64,000 bases of DNA, taken from positions 3,514 through 67,513 of the forward strand of contig CAZHML010000004.1 of NCBI GenBank assembly GCA_964533745.1, in the 5' to 3' direction. This stretch comes from an uncultured Microbacterium sp. (GTDB lineage Bacteria > Actinomycetota > Actinomycetes > Actinomycetales > Microbacteriaceae). Positions 17,883-27,322 of the stretch are shown in pieces. Both the position numbers and the translations under genes were made by a program. Position 1 is the stretch's first letter. The number at the start of each line of letters is the position of its first letter. The notes under the pieces are model-generated. The model was not told the origin of the DNA. It ran no database searches and saw only the letters and a list, made by a program, of their open reading frames with translations.

Positions 17883-18712
17883 GCGCGTCAGCATCACCTG
17901 TGCTCGAAGTCAGCCATCTGTCCGTGAGCTTCTCGCAGTATGAGCGAGGCCTGCGTCGGCGGACGGTCACGCCAGTCATCGACATGTCCCTCTCTGTGCT
18001 CGCTGGCGAGGTGGTTGTGCTCGTGGGCGAAAGCGGTGCCGGCAAGAGCCTGATCGGCCTCGCCGCGATGGGGTTGCTGCCACCCAACGCCCGCGAGGCG
18101 GGGACGATCAGTTACCGTGGAGTCGTGACCTCCCCGGAGGAGCGCCGAGCTCTTGCGGGGAGCCAGATGGCTCTCTTGCCTCAGTCGACGAGCTTTCTGG
18201 ATCCTCGCGCCCGTGTCGGAAGCCAGCTCCGACGAGGGGCAGAACTGGCAGGACTGCGGAAACCGAGGGCTGTGGCACAGGAGGTGGTCGAGCGGTTCGC
18301 GCTCCCTCGATCGACTCTTCGGCTGTATCCGCATCAGCTCTCAGGAGGAATGGCCAGACGCGTTCTCTTCAGCCTGGCGACCCTTGCGCGCCCCCGGCTC
18401 GTATTCGCGGATGAGCCGACACCGGGCTTAGATCCGGATAGTGCTGCCGAGATCATTGCAGCCATAAGAGATCTGGCCGATGAAGGATCTGCTGTGATCC
18501 TCGTGAGCCACGATATGGAAACAGCGCTCAAGATAGCCGATCGCATCGTCGTGTGTCGGGCGGGGAGAACAGTCGAAGAGGCTACGCCCGTGCAGTTCAA
18601 CGGTGATGGCGGGCGACTCCGACACGGATACAGCCGCGCTCTGTGGAGGGCCCTTCCCGCACAGGGGTTCCATCTGCTCGAGGCCTATCAGGATCGCGGG
18701 GCAGCAGAATGA
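17879..18712 (+). CDS. ABC ATP-binding protein (NikD/OppD-like)
   Basis: GESGAGKS, YPHQLSGGM, FADEPT; ATGA overlap. Confidence 0.92.
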   Translation: MSASASPVLEVSHLSVSFSQYERGLRRRTVTPVIDMSLSVLAGEVVVLVGESGAGKSLIGLAAMGLLPPNAREAGTISYRGVVTSPEERRALAGSQMALLPQSTSFLDPRARVGSQLRRGAELAGLRKPRAVAQEVVERFALPRSTLRLYPHQLSGGMARRVLFSLATLARPRLVFADEPTPGLDPDSAAEIIAAIRDLADEGSAVILVSHDMETALKIADRIVVCRAGRTVEEATPVQFNGDGGRLRHGYSRALWRALPAQGFHLLEAYQDRGAAE

Positions 18713-19344
18713 CCGACAGCATGACGATCCACCGTGACACGTCGCTCGTCGCCAAGGGGCTGTGGTTCGGATACGGTGCGGAGTGGATACTGGAGAACGC
18801 GAGCATCACCGTCGAGGCCGGCGAGGTGGTCGGCCTCTGGGGGCCGAGTGGGAGTGGTAAGAGCACATTCGCGCGCGTGCTCACGGGCCACCTCCTCGCT
18901 CAGCGTGGCAGCGTGAGTGCGCCAACCCCTCGAGGACGGGCGCACTCGGCGCAGCTCGTGCTTCAGCACTCCGAACTCTCGATGAACCCACGATGGAAGA
19001 TCCGCGAGGTGCTCTCAGAGGCAGACGCCGAGATCGAGCCGGCGATCCACTGGGGACTGATGCGCCCCAGTTGGCTCGACGCCTTCCCCCATGAGCTGAG
19101 CGGTGGCGAGCTGCAGCGTGTGAACCTCGCGAGGGCGTTACTGGCGCGGCCCGCGTTTCTTGTCGCCGACGAGATCACCACGAGTGTCGATGCGCTCACG
19201 CAGGCTCGGATCTGGCGGCTCTTGCTGCGTGTCGTCCGGGCGGATGGTTGCGGGATGCTGGTCGTGTCCCATGACCTGCCGCTACTGAAAACAGTGACGG
19301 ACCGCATCACGACCATGGCTCAGCTCGCTGACGGTCATGCGTAG
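18709..19344 (+). CDS. ABC ATP-binding protein (NikE-like, short)
   Basis: GPSGSGKS, FPHELSGGE, VADEIT; ATGA overlap. Confidence 0.9.
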   Translation: MTDSMTIHRDTSLVAKGLWFGYGAEWILENASITVEAGEVVGLWGPSGSGKSTFARVLTGHLLAQRGSVSAPTPRGRAHSAQLVLQHSELSMNPRWKIREVLSEADAEIEPAIHWGLMRPSWLDAFPHELSGGELQRVNLARALLARPAFLVADEITTSVDALTQARIWRLLLRVVRADGCGMLVVSHDLPLLKTVTDRITTMAQLADGHA

Positions 19345-19369
19345 TGCTATGCCATCGGCCCAGTCTGTC

Positions 19370-19981
19370 CTACTTCTCGCTGGTGACTTCCTTCGAGGTC
19401 AGTTCGCTCGGCACATAGTCCCCACCTGAGGTTGGCTTGGTGGCGGGGGTTTCGGCTACGGCGAACTCGCTCGGGCGGTAGCGGTCATTGACGACGGCGT
19501 ACTCCAAGTAGCTGTGTCCGGTGTCGACCGTGAGCGGCCAATTGCTCACCGCGTAGTAGATTACCGGGTCCACGTCGCTCTTGTTGAAGTACTGGTGCCA
19601 GGTTCCAACGGGAACGACGAAGCAATCGCCCTTCTCCCAGTCGTAACGGACTCCATCGATCGTGGTGTACCCCTCACCTTCGATCACGAGGACGATGGCT
19701 TCGCTCGAGTGACGGTGCAGACCCGTGGACGCACCGGGTGCGATGCGGTCCATGTGTGCATGCATCGTGTTGATCGGGAACCCGGCCATGGGACTAATGC
19801 GGAGGCTCAGAGAGCCCATCTTCGTCTCGCCCCACTGCATCTCTTCGGCACGGGCGACGATGCGTCCAGAGTGCTTGGCGTCCTCTTGCTTCTTGATCTG
19901 GACTTCCATGCGATCACTGAAGGTATTCGGATCGATGTCGTGGTCGTGGTCGTGGTCGTGCTCGTGCTCGTGGGTGCTCAC
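19370..19981 (-). CDS. Cupin-domain protein with a His/acidic N-terminal tract
   Basis: GTG start after a purine-rich RBS; HEHEHDHDHDHD; HRHSSEAI..EGEG and VPVGTWHQYFN cupin motifs. Confidence 0.85.
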   Translation of the reverse strand: MSTHEHEHDHDHDHDIDPNTFSDRMEVQIKKQEDAKHSGRIVARAEEMQWGETKMGSLSLRISPMAGFPINTMHAHMDRIAPGASTGLHRHSSEAIVLVIEGEGYTTIDGVRYDWEKGDCFVVPVGTWHQYFNKSDVDPVIYYAVSNWPLTVDTGHSYLEYAVVNDRYRPSEFAVAETPATKPTSGGDYVPSELTSKEVTSEK

Positions 19982-20034
19982 GGAGGAACCTTCTTTCCTT
20001 GAGGAGGCAGCGATGGAAGACGCCCTATAGTCGG

Positions 20035-20063
20035 AAAGTAACAGTGGGTCACCCAATTGTCAA
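20035..20063 (-). promoter_or_regulatory. Sigma70-type promoter of the cupin gene with a palindromic operator in the spacer
   Basis: TTGACA-17 nt-TACTTT on the minus strand; TGGGTCACCCA at 20045-20055. Confidence 0.7.
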
Positions 20064-20346
20064 GTGGTAATTCCAGTCGTCGGAGTCCGCTCGCGTCGTC
20101 CTAGATCGGTGGTCCGAGCCACGCGATCGGATGGATCGCGACGAGATGCTTGGCGACAGGATGTCCGCGGGGGGCTGAGATCCGGGGCAGTCGTGCGCCT
20201 ATGGCACCGGCGTTCGTGGGTTATCTTAGGTGCTCGACAACGAGACGTGAGATAGTCAGGATTTACAAACGAGCCGCGAGGTGCCATCTTGATGGGTGAT
20301 CCGATTTTTGAAGCGGGACGTTTCTCACTGACTATGATGGAGAACC

Positions 20347-21066
20347 GTGGCTATAGATGTAGATTCTCGTTCTCGCCCTGTGCGACGGTTTGAGACTACT
20401 GTCGAGAGCCTGTTGGAGTACATCGCCGAGAACGATATGCAGCTGGGTGCCGCGCTGGCGCCGGAACGAGAACTTGCGGCAGCCATCGGGGTGAGTAGGA
20501 ACGTCTTGCGGCAAGCGTTCTCCATTCTCGAGGAACGCGGACTCATCTACACCAAGCAGGGTTCAGGTCGCTACCTGCGTGAAGTTCCTGAGGCCGCACT
20601 GGGGGCTTCGAGCGGTCGTTCGGTCGAGCAGTTGGAGGTTGCCTCTATTGCTGACATCCTCGAAGTGCGCGCTCTCCTCGATGTTGAGGCGGCGACTCTT
20701 GCCTGCCAACGGCGAACCCTTGAAGAAGCCCACCATTTGCAGGAACTGGCCGGGAAACTAGACACCTGGGCCGACAATCTCCGTTTCCACTGCGCGATCG
20801 CAGCCGCCACTCATAACTTCATGCTGGAGCGTCTGGTGCGCGAGCAGGGCACGGTCCTGGGGGAGCTCAATCAGCGCGAATACTATGACGACGACCATCG
20901 CCGCATTCTTGCGAACGAGCACAGGCAGATCGCAGATGCCGTGATGAGCCGCGATGAGTCTCAGGCGCGGGTGCTTGCTCGACGCCACGTCACCCATACC
21001 CGACGCGCAATCATCGGCACGAAGAGTCATCCCGAGCCTGAAAGCGAGACGATGTCTCAGGCCTGA
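20347..21066 (+). CDS. FadR/GntR family regulator
   Basis: LAPERELA..GVSRNVLR wHTH; FCD domain (FHCAIA..HN, EHRQI). Confidence 0.92.
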   Translation: MAIDVDSRSRPVRRFETTVESLLEYIAENDMQLGAALAPERELAAAIGVSRNVLRQAFSILEERGLIYTKQGSGRYLREVPEAALGASSGRSVEQLEVASIADILEVRALLDVEAATLACQRRTLEEAHHLQELAGKLDTWADNLRFHCAIAAATHNFMLERLVREQGTVLGELNQREYYDDDHRRILANEHRQIADAVMSRDESQARVLARRHVTHTRRAIIGTKSHPEPESETMSQA

Positions 21067-21174
21067 CGGACAGGCCTGAGACACCCTGCGTAGCCACTGA
21101 ATACGGGGGTTTCGTCGCGCGCCGAGCGGGTTTCTCTCGGCACGTTTCTCGCGTGAACCATTTGGATTATTTGC

Positions 21175-21204
21175 TTGACATGCGGGTGACCCACCCCATA
21201 GTCT
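21175..21204 (+). promoter_or_regulatory. Sigma70-type promoter of the ABC operon with an operator in the spacer
   Basis: TTGACA-18 nt-TAGTCT; GGGTGACCCA at 21184-21193. Confidence 0.7.
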
Positions 21205-21296
21205 GGCGCAACGACTCACTAGATGCGAGTGTATGCGGGCGGCCCAGAACGGACCGCCCGCAGAGGGTGCCCAACGAAAACAAGGGAGAAGCAGGA

Positions 21297-22451
21297 ATGC
21301 TCCACAGCCCGACGCCAGGTGCGGTGGCCATTCGCGTCGTCGGTCTCAGCAAGACCTATGCGGGCACTAATCGCGCTGCGGTAGAGGATCTCTCCCTTGA
21401 GATCGAAGCTGGGTCGCTCTTTACCCTTCTCGGTCCCAGCGGCTGCGGGAAGACAACCACCATGCGGTGCATCGCTGGGCTGGAGGAACCTAACGCCGGT
21501 GAGATCTGGGTAAACGACCAGTTGGTGTTCTCGAGTTCCCAGCGTGTGAACATTCCCTCGCACAAGCGCCAGATCGGGATGGTGTTCCAAAGCTACGCCA
21601 TCTGGCCGCATCTCACGGTCGCGCAGAATGTCGCCTACCCACTCAAGAACCTCGGGTGGAAGCGTCAAGACGTGCAACGCGGTGTCGAACGCGCGCTCGG
21701 CATCGTCGGCCTGACCGAACTGGCATCGAAGCCTACGCCCCTTCTCAGCGGCGGTCAGCAGCAGAGGGTCGCCCTCGCCAGAGCATTCGTCGGCAACCCG
21801 AGCGTTCTTCTCCTGGATGAGCCCCTCAGCAATCTCGACGCCAAACTTCGAGAGCAGATGCAGATCGAGCTGAAAGACATCCAGCAACAGATCGGCGTCA
21901 CAACCCTCTACGTCACGCACGATCAAGAGGAGGCGTTTTCGATGTCGACGACGATGGGTGTGATGGACCACGGTCGGCTCATCGAGTTGGGTTCGGCGCG
22001 GGAGGTATACCAGGTTCCGGCGACGACCGTGGGTGCTGAGTTCCTCGGCAAGTCGACGCGCTTAGACGGCAAGGTGCGCGTGGCCGAAGGCGACGGGTAC
22101 CGAGTAGAGACCCAGGTCGGCGCACTGTTCTGCCGCTCACGACATGTACTGAAGGCGGGCGACGAAGTGCTGGTCTATGTGCGTCCAGAGGACATCAGGA
22201 TCGTCACCGAGAAGAGGCAAGCCGGCCCGCACGAGGTCTTCGTCGATGCGACCGTGACGAGGCATCTCTACCACGGTGGTGTGTACGACTGGTGGGCCTC
22301 TGTGGACAGCATCGAACTGAGGGGACGTACGTTGTCGAACGTCGCGGGAGCCGATGTGCTGGAGACCGGCACAGGGGCAACAGTACGGCTCGGCATTCTC
22401 GCGACGAGGTGCATCCCTGTCGCGATCCAGGAGCAGCCTGCTTCCGCGTGA
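21297..22451 (+). CDS. ABC ATP-binding protein (FbpC/PotA-like)
   Basis: GPSGCGKTT, LSGGQQQR, LLDEPLSNLD, TOBE-like C-terminus. Confidence 0.92.
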   Translation: MLHSPTPGAVAIRVVGLSKTYAGTNRAAVEDLSLEIEAGSLFTLLGPSGCGKTTTMRCIAGLEEPNAGEIWVNDQLVFSSSQRVNIPSHKRQIGMVFQSYAIWPHLTVAQNVAYPLKNLGWKRQDVQRGVERALGIVGLTELASKPTPLLSGGQQQRVALARAFVGNPSVLLLDEPLSNLDAKLREQMQIELKDIQQQIGVTTLYVTHDQEEAFSMSTTMGVMDHGRLIELGSAREVYQVPATTVGAEFLGKSTRLDGKVRVAEGDGYRVETQVGALFCRSRHVLKAGDEVLVYVRPEDIRIVTEKRQAGPHEVFVDATVTRHLYHGGVYDWWASVDSIELRGRTLSNVAGADVLETGTGATVRLGILATRCIPVAIQEQPASA

Positions 22452-22531
22452 CGCGAGGTGTTCAAGCCCGTGCCAGAGTCACCCGAGACGATATAGCCAG
22501 AGAACCAACTATCCAGAGAGGAACTAGCGTC

Positions 22532-23644
22532 ATGTTGCAGAAACCAATCGTCACAGCGGCCAAGTCGATGCTCGTCGGCGTAGTCGTAACAGCCCTGCTG
22601 GTCGGCTGCTCCAACGGTGGAACGCCCGATCCAGATCCTGGTGAGAGCTTCGCGACAACCGTCGAGGGGGTGATCGCCGAGCTGGAGGGATTGTCCCCGA
22701 CAGAGCGCCTGGAACGTCTTGTGGCCGGTGCCGCCCAGGAAGGCAAAGTGGTCATGTACTCCGCGAACAGCGCGGGTATGGTCCAGAACTGGAACGACAG
22801 ATTCAAAGAGAAGTATCCGCGCATCGACGCACAGTTTGTGCGTCTCACGACCCCGCAGGCGCTCCAGCGTCTACAGGCGGAGACAGCGGCCAACCGTCCC
22901 GTCGCCGACATCCTGACGTTGCCGCCGGAGGTCATTCAGCCCCTGATCGCTGCTGATCAGCTCGCTGGGTACGTCAGCCCCGAGTCGGTGGGCTTCGACG
23001 AACTCGATCTTCACCCGGACGGGCTCTTCACGGTGATCCAGAACGATCCGCATGTGATCATCTACAACACGTCGCGAACACAGGCTTCCGAGCTTTCGCC
23101 GCGGATCCAGGACTGGGTCGATCCTGCGCTGCAAGGACGAGTCGGACGGACTGTCAATGGCGGGCGCTGGGTTGCAGGCCTCTTCGAGGCATTGGGCGAG
23201 GGCGAGGCGATGACGCTCCTTCAGGGCCTCGGTGCCATGCAACCGCGTGTCTACGGCAGCGCTACGGAACTGCAGAACGCGGTGATCAGCGCTCAGGTCG
23301 ACATGGGATATGACATGGGCCTCGGTAACATCCTGACCCAGAAGGCCAATGGGGCTCCCGTGGACTACGTCGTGCCGGAGATTCTCTTCACTCTGCCGAT
23401 CTATACCTCTCTTCCGAAAAATGCTCCGCATCCCTATGCGGCAGTACTGGTATATGACTGGCTCTTCTCGATCGAAGGGCAACAGGTTCTCGTTGAAGAA
23501 GCACGTATCGGTCCGCGGAAGGACATCGCATACCCCGGTGTCGAGGTCCTGACCCAGGCGAAGGAGATCCACAGCTATGGTCTTCTCGAGCCGGACTTCC
23601 GGGCGCGCACACAGAGCATCTTCGAGGAACTCTTTGTCAATTAA
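22532..23644 (+). CDS. ABC substrate-binding lipoprotein (Fe3+/thiamine/AfuA-like family)
   Basis: LLVGC lipobox, AAQEGKVVMYS, KNAPHPYAA. Confidence 0.85.
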   Translation: MLQKPIVTAAKSMLVGVVVTALLVGCSNGGTPDPDPGESFATTVEGVIAELEGLSPTERLERLVAGAAQEGKVVMYSANSAGMVQNWNDRFKEKYPRIDAQFVRLTTPQALQRLQAETAANRPVADILTLPPEVIQPLIAADQLAGYVSPESVGFDELDLHPDGLFTVIQNDPHVIIYNTSRTQASELSPRIQDWVDPALQGRVGRTVNGGRWVAGLFEALGEGEAMTLLQGLGAMQPRVYGSATELQNAVISAQVDMGYDMGLGNILTQKANGAPVDYVVPEILFTLPIYTSLPKNAPHPYAAVLVYDWLFSIEGQQVLVEEARIGPRKDIAYPGVEVLTQAKEIHSYGLLEPDFRARTQSIFEELFVN

Positions 23645-23657
23645 CTAGTACCGCCCC

Positions 23658-23705
23658 GCGTTGACTGACTGGTGCACGGGTACTCGCGCACCAGTCAGTC
23701 AACGC
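23658..23705 (+). terminator. Perfect 18-bp stem-loop between the SBP and permease genes
   Basis: GCGTTGACTGACTGGTGC-12 nt-GCACCAGTCAGTCAACGC; no U-tract. Confidence 0.75.
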
Positions 23706-23728
23706 ACGGGAGAGAAGGACGGTGGGGA

Positions 23729-25468
23729 TTGGGTACCGAAGTGATTGAGCAGTCGAGGCCCGTGCGGGGTTCATTCCTGCGGTGGTTCAGCGTGCGGGGA
23801 GCATTCATTGCCGTATCCGTCATCGCTGTTCTGTACCTTGTTGTGATACCGCTTGTCTCCCTGGTGATCAGTTCGTTGTCACCCGTTGACTATCTGGGGA
23901 CGCGAGGCCCTTGGACGCTCCAGGGCTACATCGACCTCTTTTCCAATCCGAGAACGCTTGTCGTCCTGTGGAACTCGATCGTGTTTGCCGTCGGTTCCAC
24001 GGTGGTATCTGTGATCTTCGGTGGGTTCTTCGCCTGGCTGGTGCAGCGTTCGGACATCGCGGGCAAGCGATGGCTGACGATTCTCGTGCTGTTTCCGCTC
24101 TTCATTCCCAGCGTCCTCATGGTCATCTCTTGGCAGCTGCTTCTTGACCCGGGAAACGGGCTCATCAACGAAATGTTCCGGGGCATTGTGGGTCCCGATG
24201 CGACGCTCTTCAACATCAACACCATGGCGGGGATGATCTGGGTGCGTGGTGTGATCGATATCCCGTTCGTCTTCCTCTGGCTTGCTCCGGCGCTCGCTGC
24301 CACCGACCCGAGCCTCGAGGAGTCGGCGGCCATGAGCGGATCATCACCGTGGAGGATTCTGCGGACTGTCACACTTCCCTTGCTCAGACCGGCCCTCTTC
24401 GCCACCTTCCTGATCAGTTTCGTCCTTTCGATCGAGGATGTCAGCGTTCCCATTTTCATCGGCCTCCCGGCGCGAGTTCCGGTCTTCTCGACGGATATCT
24501 ATCTCGCCGTGACCAGCGTCCCCAGTGACATGCTGCGAGCAAGTGTCCATGCGATGGCGCTCATGGCCATCACAGTGATCCTCGCCATCTGGTACCGAAG
24601 ACTCACGTCCAAGAGCGAACGGTACGCAGTGATTCGAGGAAAGGGTTATCGTCCATACACGATCAAGCTCGGACGCGGGCGCATTCCCCTGACGATCATC
24701 ACCTTCGCGACGCTGTTCGTAACCATCGGCTTCCCGATGTTCGCTCTCGTCTGGACCTCTCTCTCAAAGTATCTGCAGGTTCCCTCCATCGAGGGTCTCT
24801 CCAACCTGACTTTCGACTGGTACACGACGCTGATGAGCAACCCCATGGCCATGCGAGGAATCTTCAACAGCACCGTCTTGGGGGTGACCTCCGGTGTTGC
24901 GATCATCCTTCTCGCACTGATCATCGGCTGGGTGATCATTCGGTCCCGGTATCGGGGCCGGGCGGCGCTGGATTTCGTGGCCTTCTTGCCGCTTGCCATC
25001 CCGGGCATCGCACTGGCGGTGAGCCTGATGTGGCTCTACCTGCTGATCCCGTTGCCGATCTACGGCACGCTTATGATCCTCTTCATCGCCTATGTCTCAA
25101 AGCACATCGCCTACGGCGTCAGGCAAGCCACGACCGGATTCACCCAGTTGCATCCGGAGCTCGAAGAGGCTGCGGCGATGTCCGGCTCGTCCTGGGCGAG
25201 AACGATGAGAACGATCTCGGTGCCGCTTCTGGCTCCGATGATCGTGGTCGGTTTTGCCTATGTCTTCATCAGGGGTTTTGTGGAGCTCTCAGCATCGTTG
25301 CTGCTGTTCTCCTATGGCAACGAACCGTACTCGGTCGTGACCTACAATCTGTATTCCAGTGGTTCGGTTCAACTCACCGCCGCGTACGGAATCGTCGTCA
25401 TCATCGGTCTCACGGTCCTCATCCTCATCATTCAAAAAGTGACCAAGAGGAACCTGTTCTTCAACTGA
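23729..25468 (+). CDS. Fused two-domain ABC permease (FbpB-like)
   Basis: Two EAA loops (LEESAAMSG, LEEAAAMSG). Start uncertain (23672-23741). Confidence 0.9.
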   Translation: MGTEVIEQSRPVRGSFLRWFSVRGAFIAVSVIAVLYLVVIPLVSLVISSLSPVDYLGTRGPWTLQGYIDLFSNPRTLVVLWNSIVFAVGSTVVSVIFGGFFAWLVQRSDIAGKRWLTILVLFPLFIPSVLMVISWQLLLDPGNGLINEMFRGIVGPDATLFNINTMAGMIWVRGVIDIPFVFLWLAPALAATDPSLEESAAMSGSSPWRILRTVTLPLLRPALFATFLISFVLSIEDVSVPIFIGLPARVPVFSTDIYLAVTSVPSDMLRASVHAMALMAITVILAIWYRRLTSKSERYAVIRGKGYRPYTIKLGRGRIPLTIITFATLFVTIGFPMFALVWTSLSKYLQVPSIEGLSNLTFDWYTTLMSNPMAMRGIFNSTVLGVTSGVAIILLALIIGWVIIRSRYRGRAALDFVAFLPLAIPGIALAVSLMWLYLLIPLPIYGTLMILFIAYVSKHIAYGVRQATTGFTQLHPELEEAAAMSGSSWARTMRTISVPLLAPMIVVGFAYVFIRGFVELSASLLLFSYGNEPYSVVTYNLYSSGSVQLTAAYGIVVIIGLTVLILIIQKVTKRNLFFN

Positions 25469-25496
25469 CAGGTTTAGCTGAGAGGCCTAGCCGCAC

Positions 25497-27293
25497 ATGG
25501 AGCATCCTGCAGCTTCCCAGAAGAGAACGAGTGCATCCCGTTCGATGAGGGGAGCCAGTCACGTCGGTGACACCGATGCACGGTGGGCCGATGTGGTGGT
25601 CGCGGCTATGAAAGAGGGGGGCGTTGACAATCTCTTCTTCGTCTCGGGTTCGGAGCTTGCCTTCTATCAGGAAGCGAGCGCGCGAGCCAAGGCCCGTGGC
25701 AAGCCCGCACCACGGCTTGTCACGATGACGAACGAGCACACGGCGATGTGTGCGGCGATAGGCAACGCGATGTTTCGCAACGCGCCCGCGGCGACCGCCG
25801 TCCATATCGATGTCGGCACTCTTCATCAGGGCGCTGCGGTCCATGCGGCGTGGAAGTCTGAGGCACCCGTGCTGATGACGGCGGGGACGGGACCGCGCGC
25901 GCCGGCGGATTCGATGCCGGGCGGTCGCGATCATCCCATCCAGTGGCTCCAGGAACCTCGAGATCAGGCAGAGATCGTGCGTCAGTTCACGAAGGTGGAC
26001 CATCGGATGGAATACATGGACCATCCCGGTACGACCGTGAGCCGCTTGTTGCAGTTGTCGATGACCGAACCTCGCGGACCTGTCTATCTGAGCCTTCCCC
26101 GAGAGCTGGCCATGTTGCCCAGCGGCGATCTTCCCGCTTATCCCACGCGCGACGAACTCGGTGTCGGTCTTCTCGGCGACGTGCCGATAGAACTCGCCGA
26201 TGAGATCGCCACGCGGCTCATCGCCGCAGACTTCCCGACGATGATCCTGGAGCGCTCCGGTCGCGATCCGGAAGCGGTTGGTGCCGTCGTGGAACTCGCA
26301 GAGCTGCTGGCCTTGTCCGTTCATGAGGCTGACACCAGCGATCGTCTCAATATCCCTCACACGCATTGGGCCCTCGGAGGCCGGTATCCGCTTCCCGAGT
26401 GCGACGCAGTGCTCGTGCTCGATGGGGTGATACCTTTCGCCCCGGGGATCGTGGAGCCGCAGCAGGAGGCGTTCATCGCCTGGATCGGGCGCGATCCCGT
26501 TGTCAGTCGTGGTAAGACCATGGATCACCGCGCCGACGTGCGTGTGACCGCGGACCCGGCCCGCGCGGCTCGTGCGATCAGCGCAGCAGTCAGGCGGCTG
26601 ATGAGTCGTAGTGACCGGGATCGGGTCGCATCGAGGCGGACGATGCTCAAGAAGCGGGCGATCGAGCGGCAACGACAGCTCCCGGCGGAGCTCGCCCGGG
26701 ATGTCTCTCAACGCGTGCTCACGGGCCGTGTCGTCTCCGAAGCGATCGGGAGAAGAATCTCCCCGAACGGAGTGATCCTCAACGACGCGGTCACGAACGG
26801 TCGTTCGCTGCTTGGTTATGCACCGCGTACCGAGCCGCAGACATACTTTCGCAGCGGCAGTTCGGCCGGAGGGTGGGGTGGCGGAGCTGCTATCGGTGTG
26901 AAGCTGGCCGCGCCGGACCGCGATGTCGTTCACGCCACCGGTGACGGCTACTATCTCTTCGGCAACCCGCTGACCACAGCATGGGCAGCTGCGACTCACG
27001 CGGCCGCCTATCTCACGGTGGTCTATGTGAACGGGAGTTATGGAACAGGTACGCAGGGTCTTCGGGACTTGTATCCGGAAGGCTACGCGGTCACCGCGGG
27101 GGACTACACAGGTGGCGTTATCGATCCGTGCCCGCGGTTCGGAGCGGTGCTCGAGTCGGTCGGCGGATTCGGAGCCGATGTCGATCAGTTCGACCAGCTA
27201 GCGTCGGCAATGGACGAGGCTTTCCGACAAGTGAGAAACGGTGTTCCAGCCCTCGTCGCCGTGCGCGTTCCCGGTCCTTTAGCCTCTCGATAG
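25497..27293 (+). CDS. Thiamine-diphosphate-dependent enzyme (decarboxylase/acetolactate synthase-like)
   Basis: Catalytic Glu (TNEH); GDG..VNGSY TPP-binding motif. Start may be 25545. Confidence 0.87.
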   Translation: MEHPAASQKRTSASRSMRGASHVGDTDARWADVVVAAMKEGGVDNLFFVSGSELAFYQEASARAKARGKPAPRLVTMTNEHTAMCAAIGNAMFRNAPAATAVHIDVGTLHQGAAVHAAWKSEAPVLMTAGTGPRAPADSMPGGRDHPIQWLQEPRDQAEIVRQFTKVDHRMEYMDHPGTTVSRLLQLSMTEPRGPVYLSLPRELAMLPSGDLPAYPTRDELGVGLLGDVPIELADEIATRLIAADFPTMILERSGRDPEAVGAVVELAELLALSVHEADTSDRLNIPHTHWALGGRYPLPECDAVLVLDGVIPFAPGIVEPQQEAFIAWIGRDPVVSRGKTMDHRADVRVTADPARAARAISAAVRRLMSRSDRDRVASRRTMLKKRAIERQRQLPAELARDVSQRVLTGRVVSEAIGRRISPNGVILNDAVTNGRSLLGYAPRTEPQTYFRSGSSAGGWGGGAAIGVKLAAPDRDVVHATGDGYYLFGNPLTTAWAAATHAAAYLTVVYVNGSYGTGTQGLRDLYPEGYAVTAGDYTGGVIDPCPRFGAVLESVGGFGADVDQFDQLASAMDEAFRQVRNGVPALVAVRVPGPLASR

Positions 27294-27322
27294 CGCAGGC
27301 GTGGTTCGCGGTGGGATGGCCC

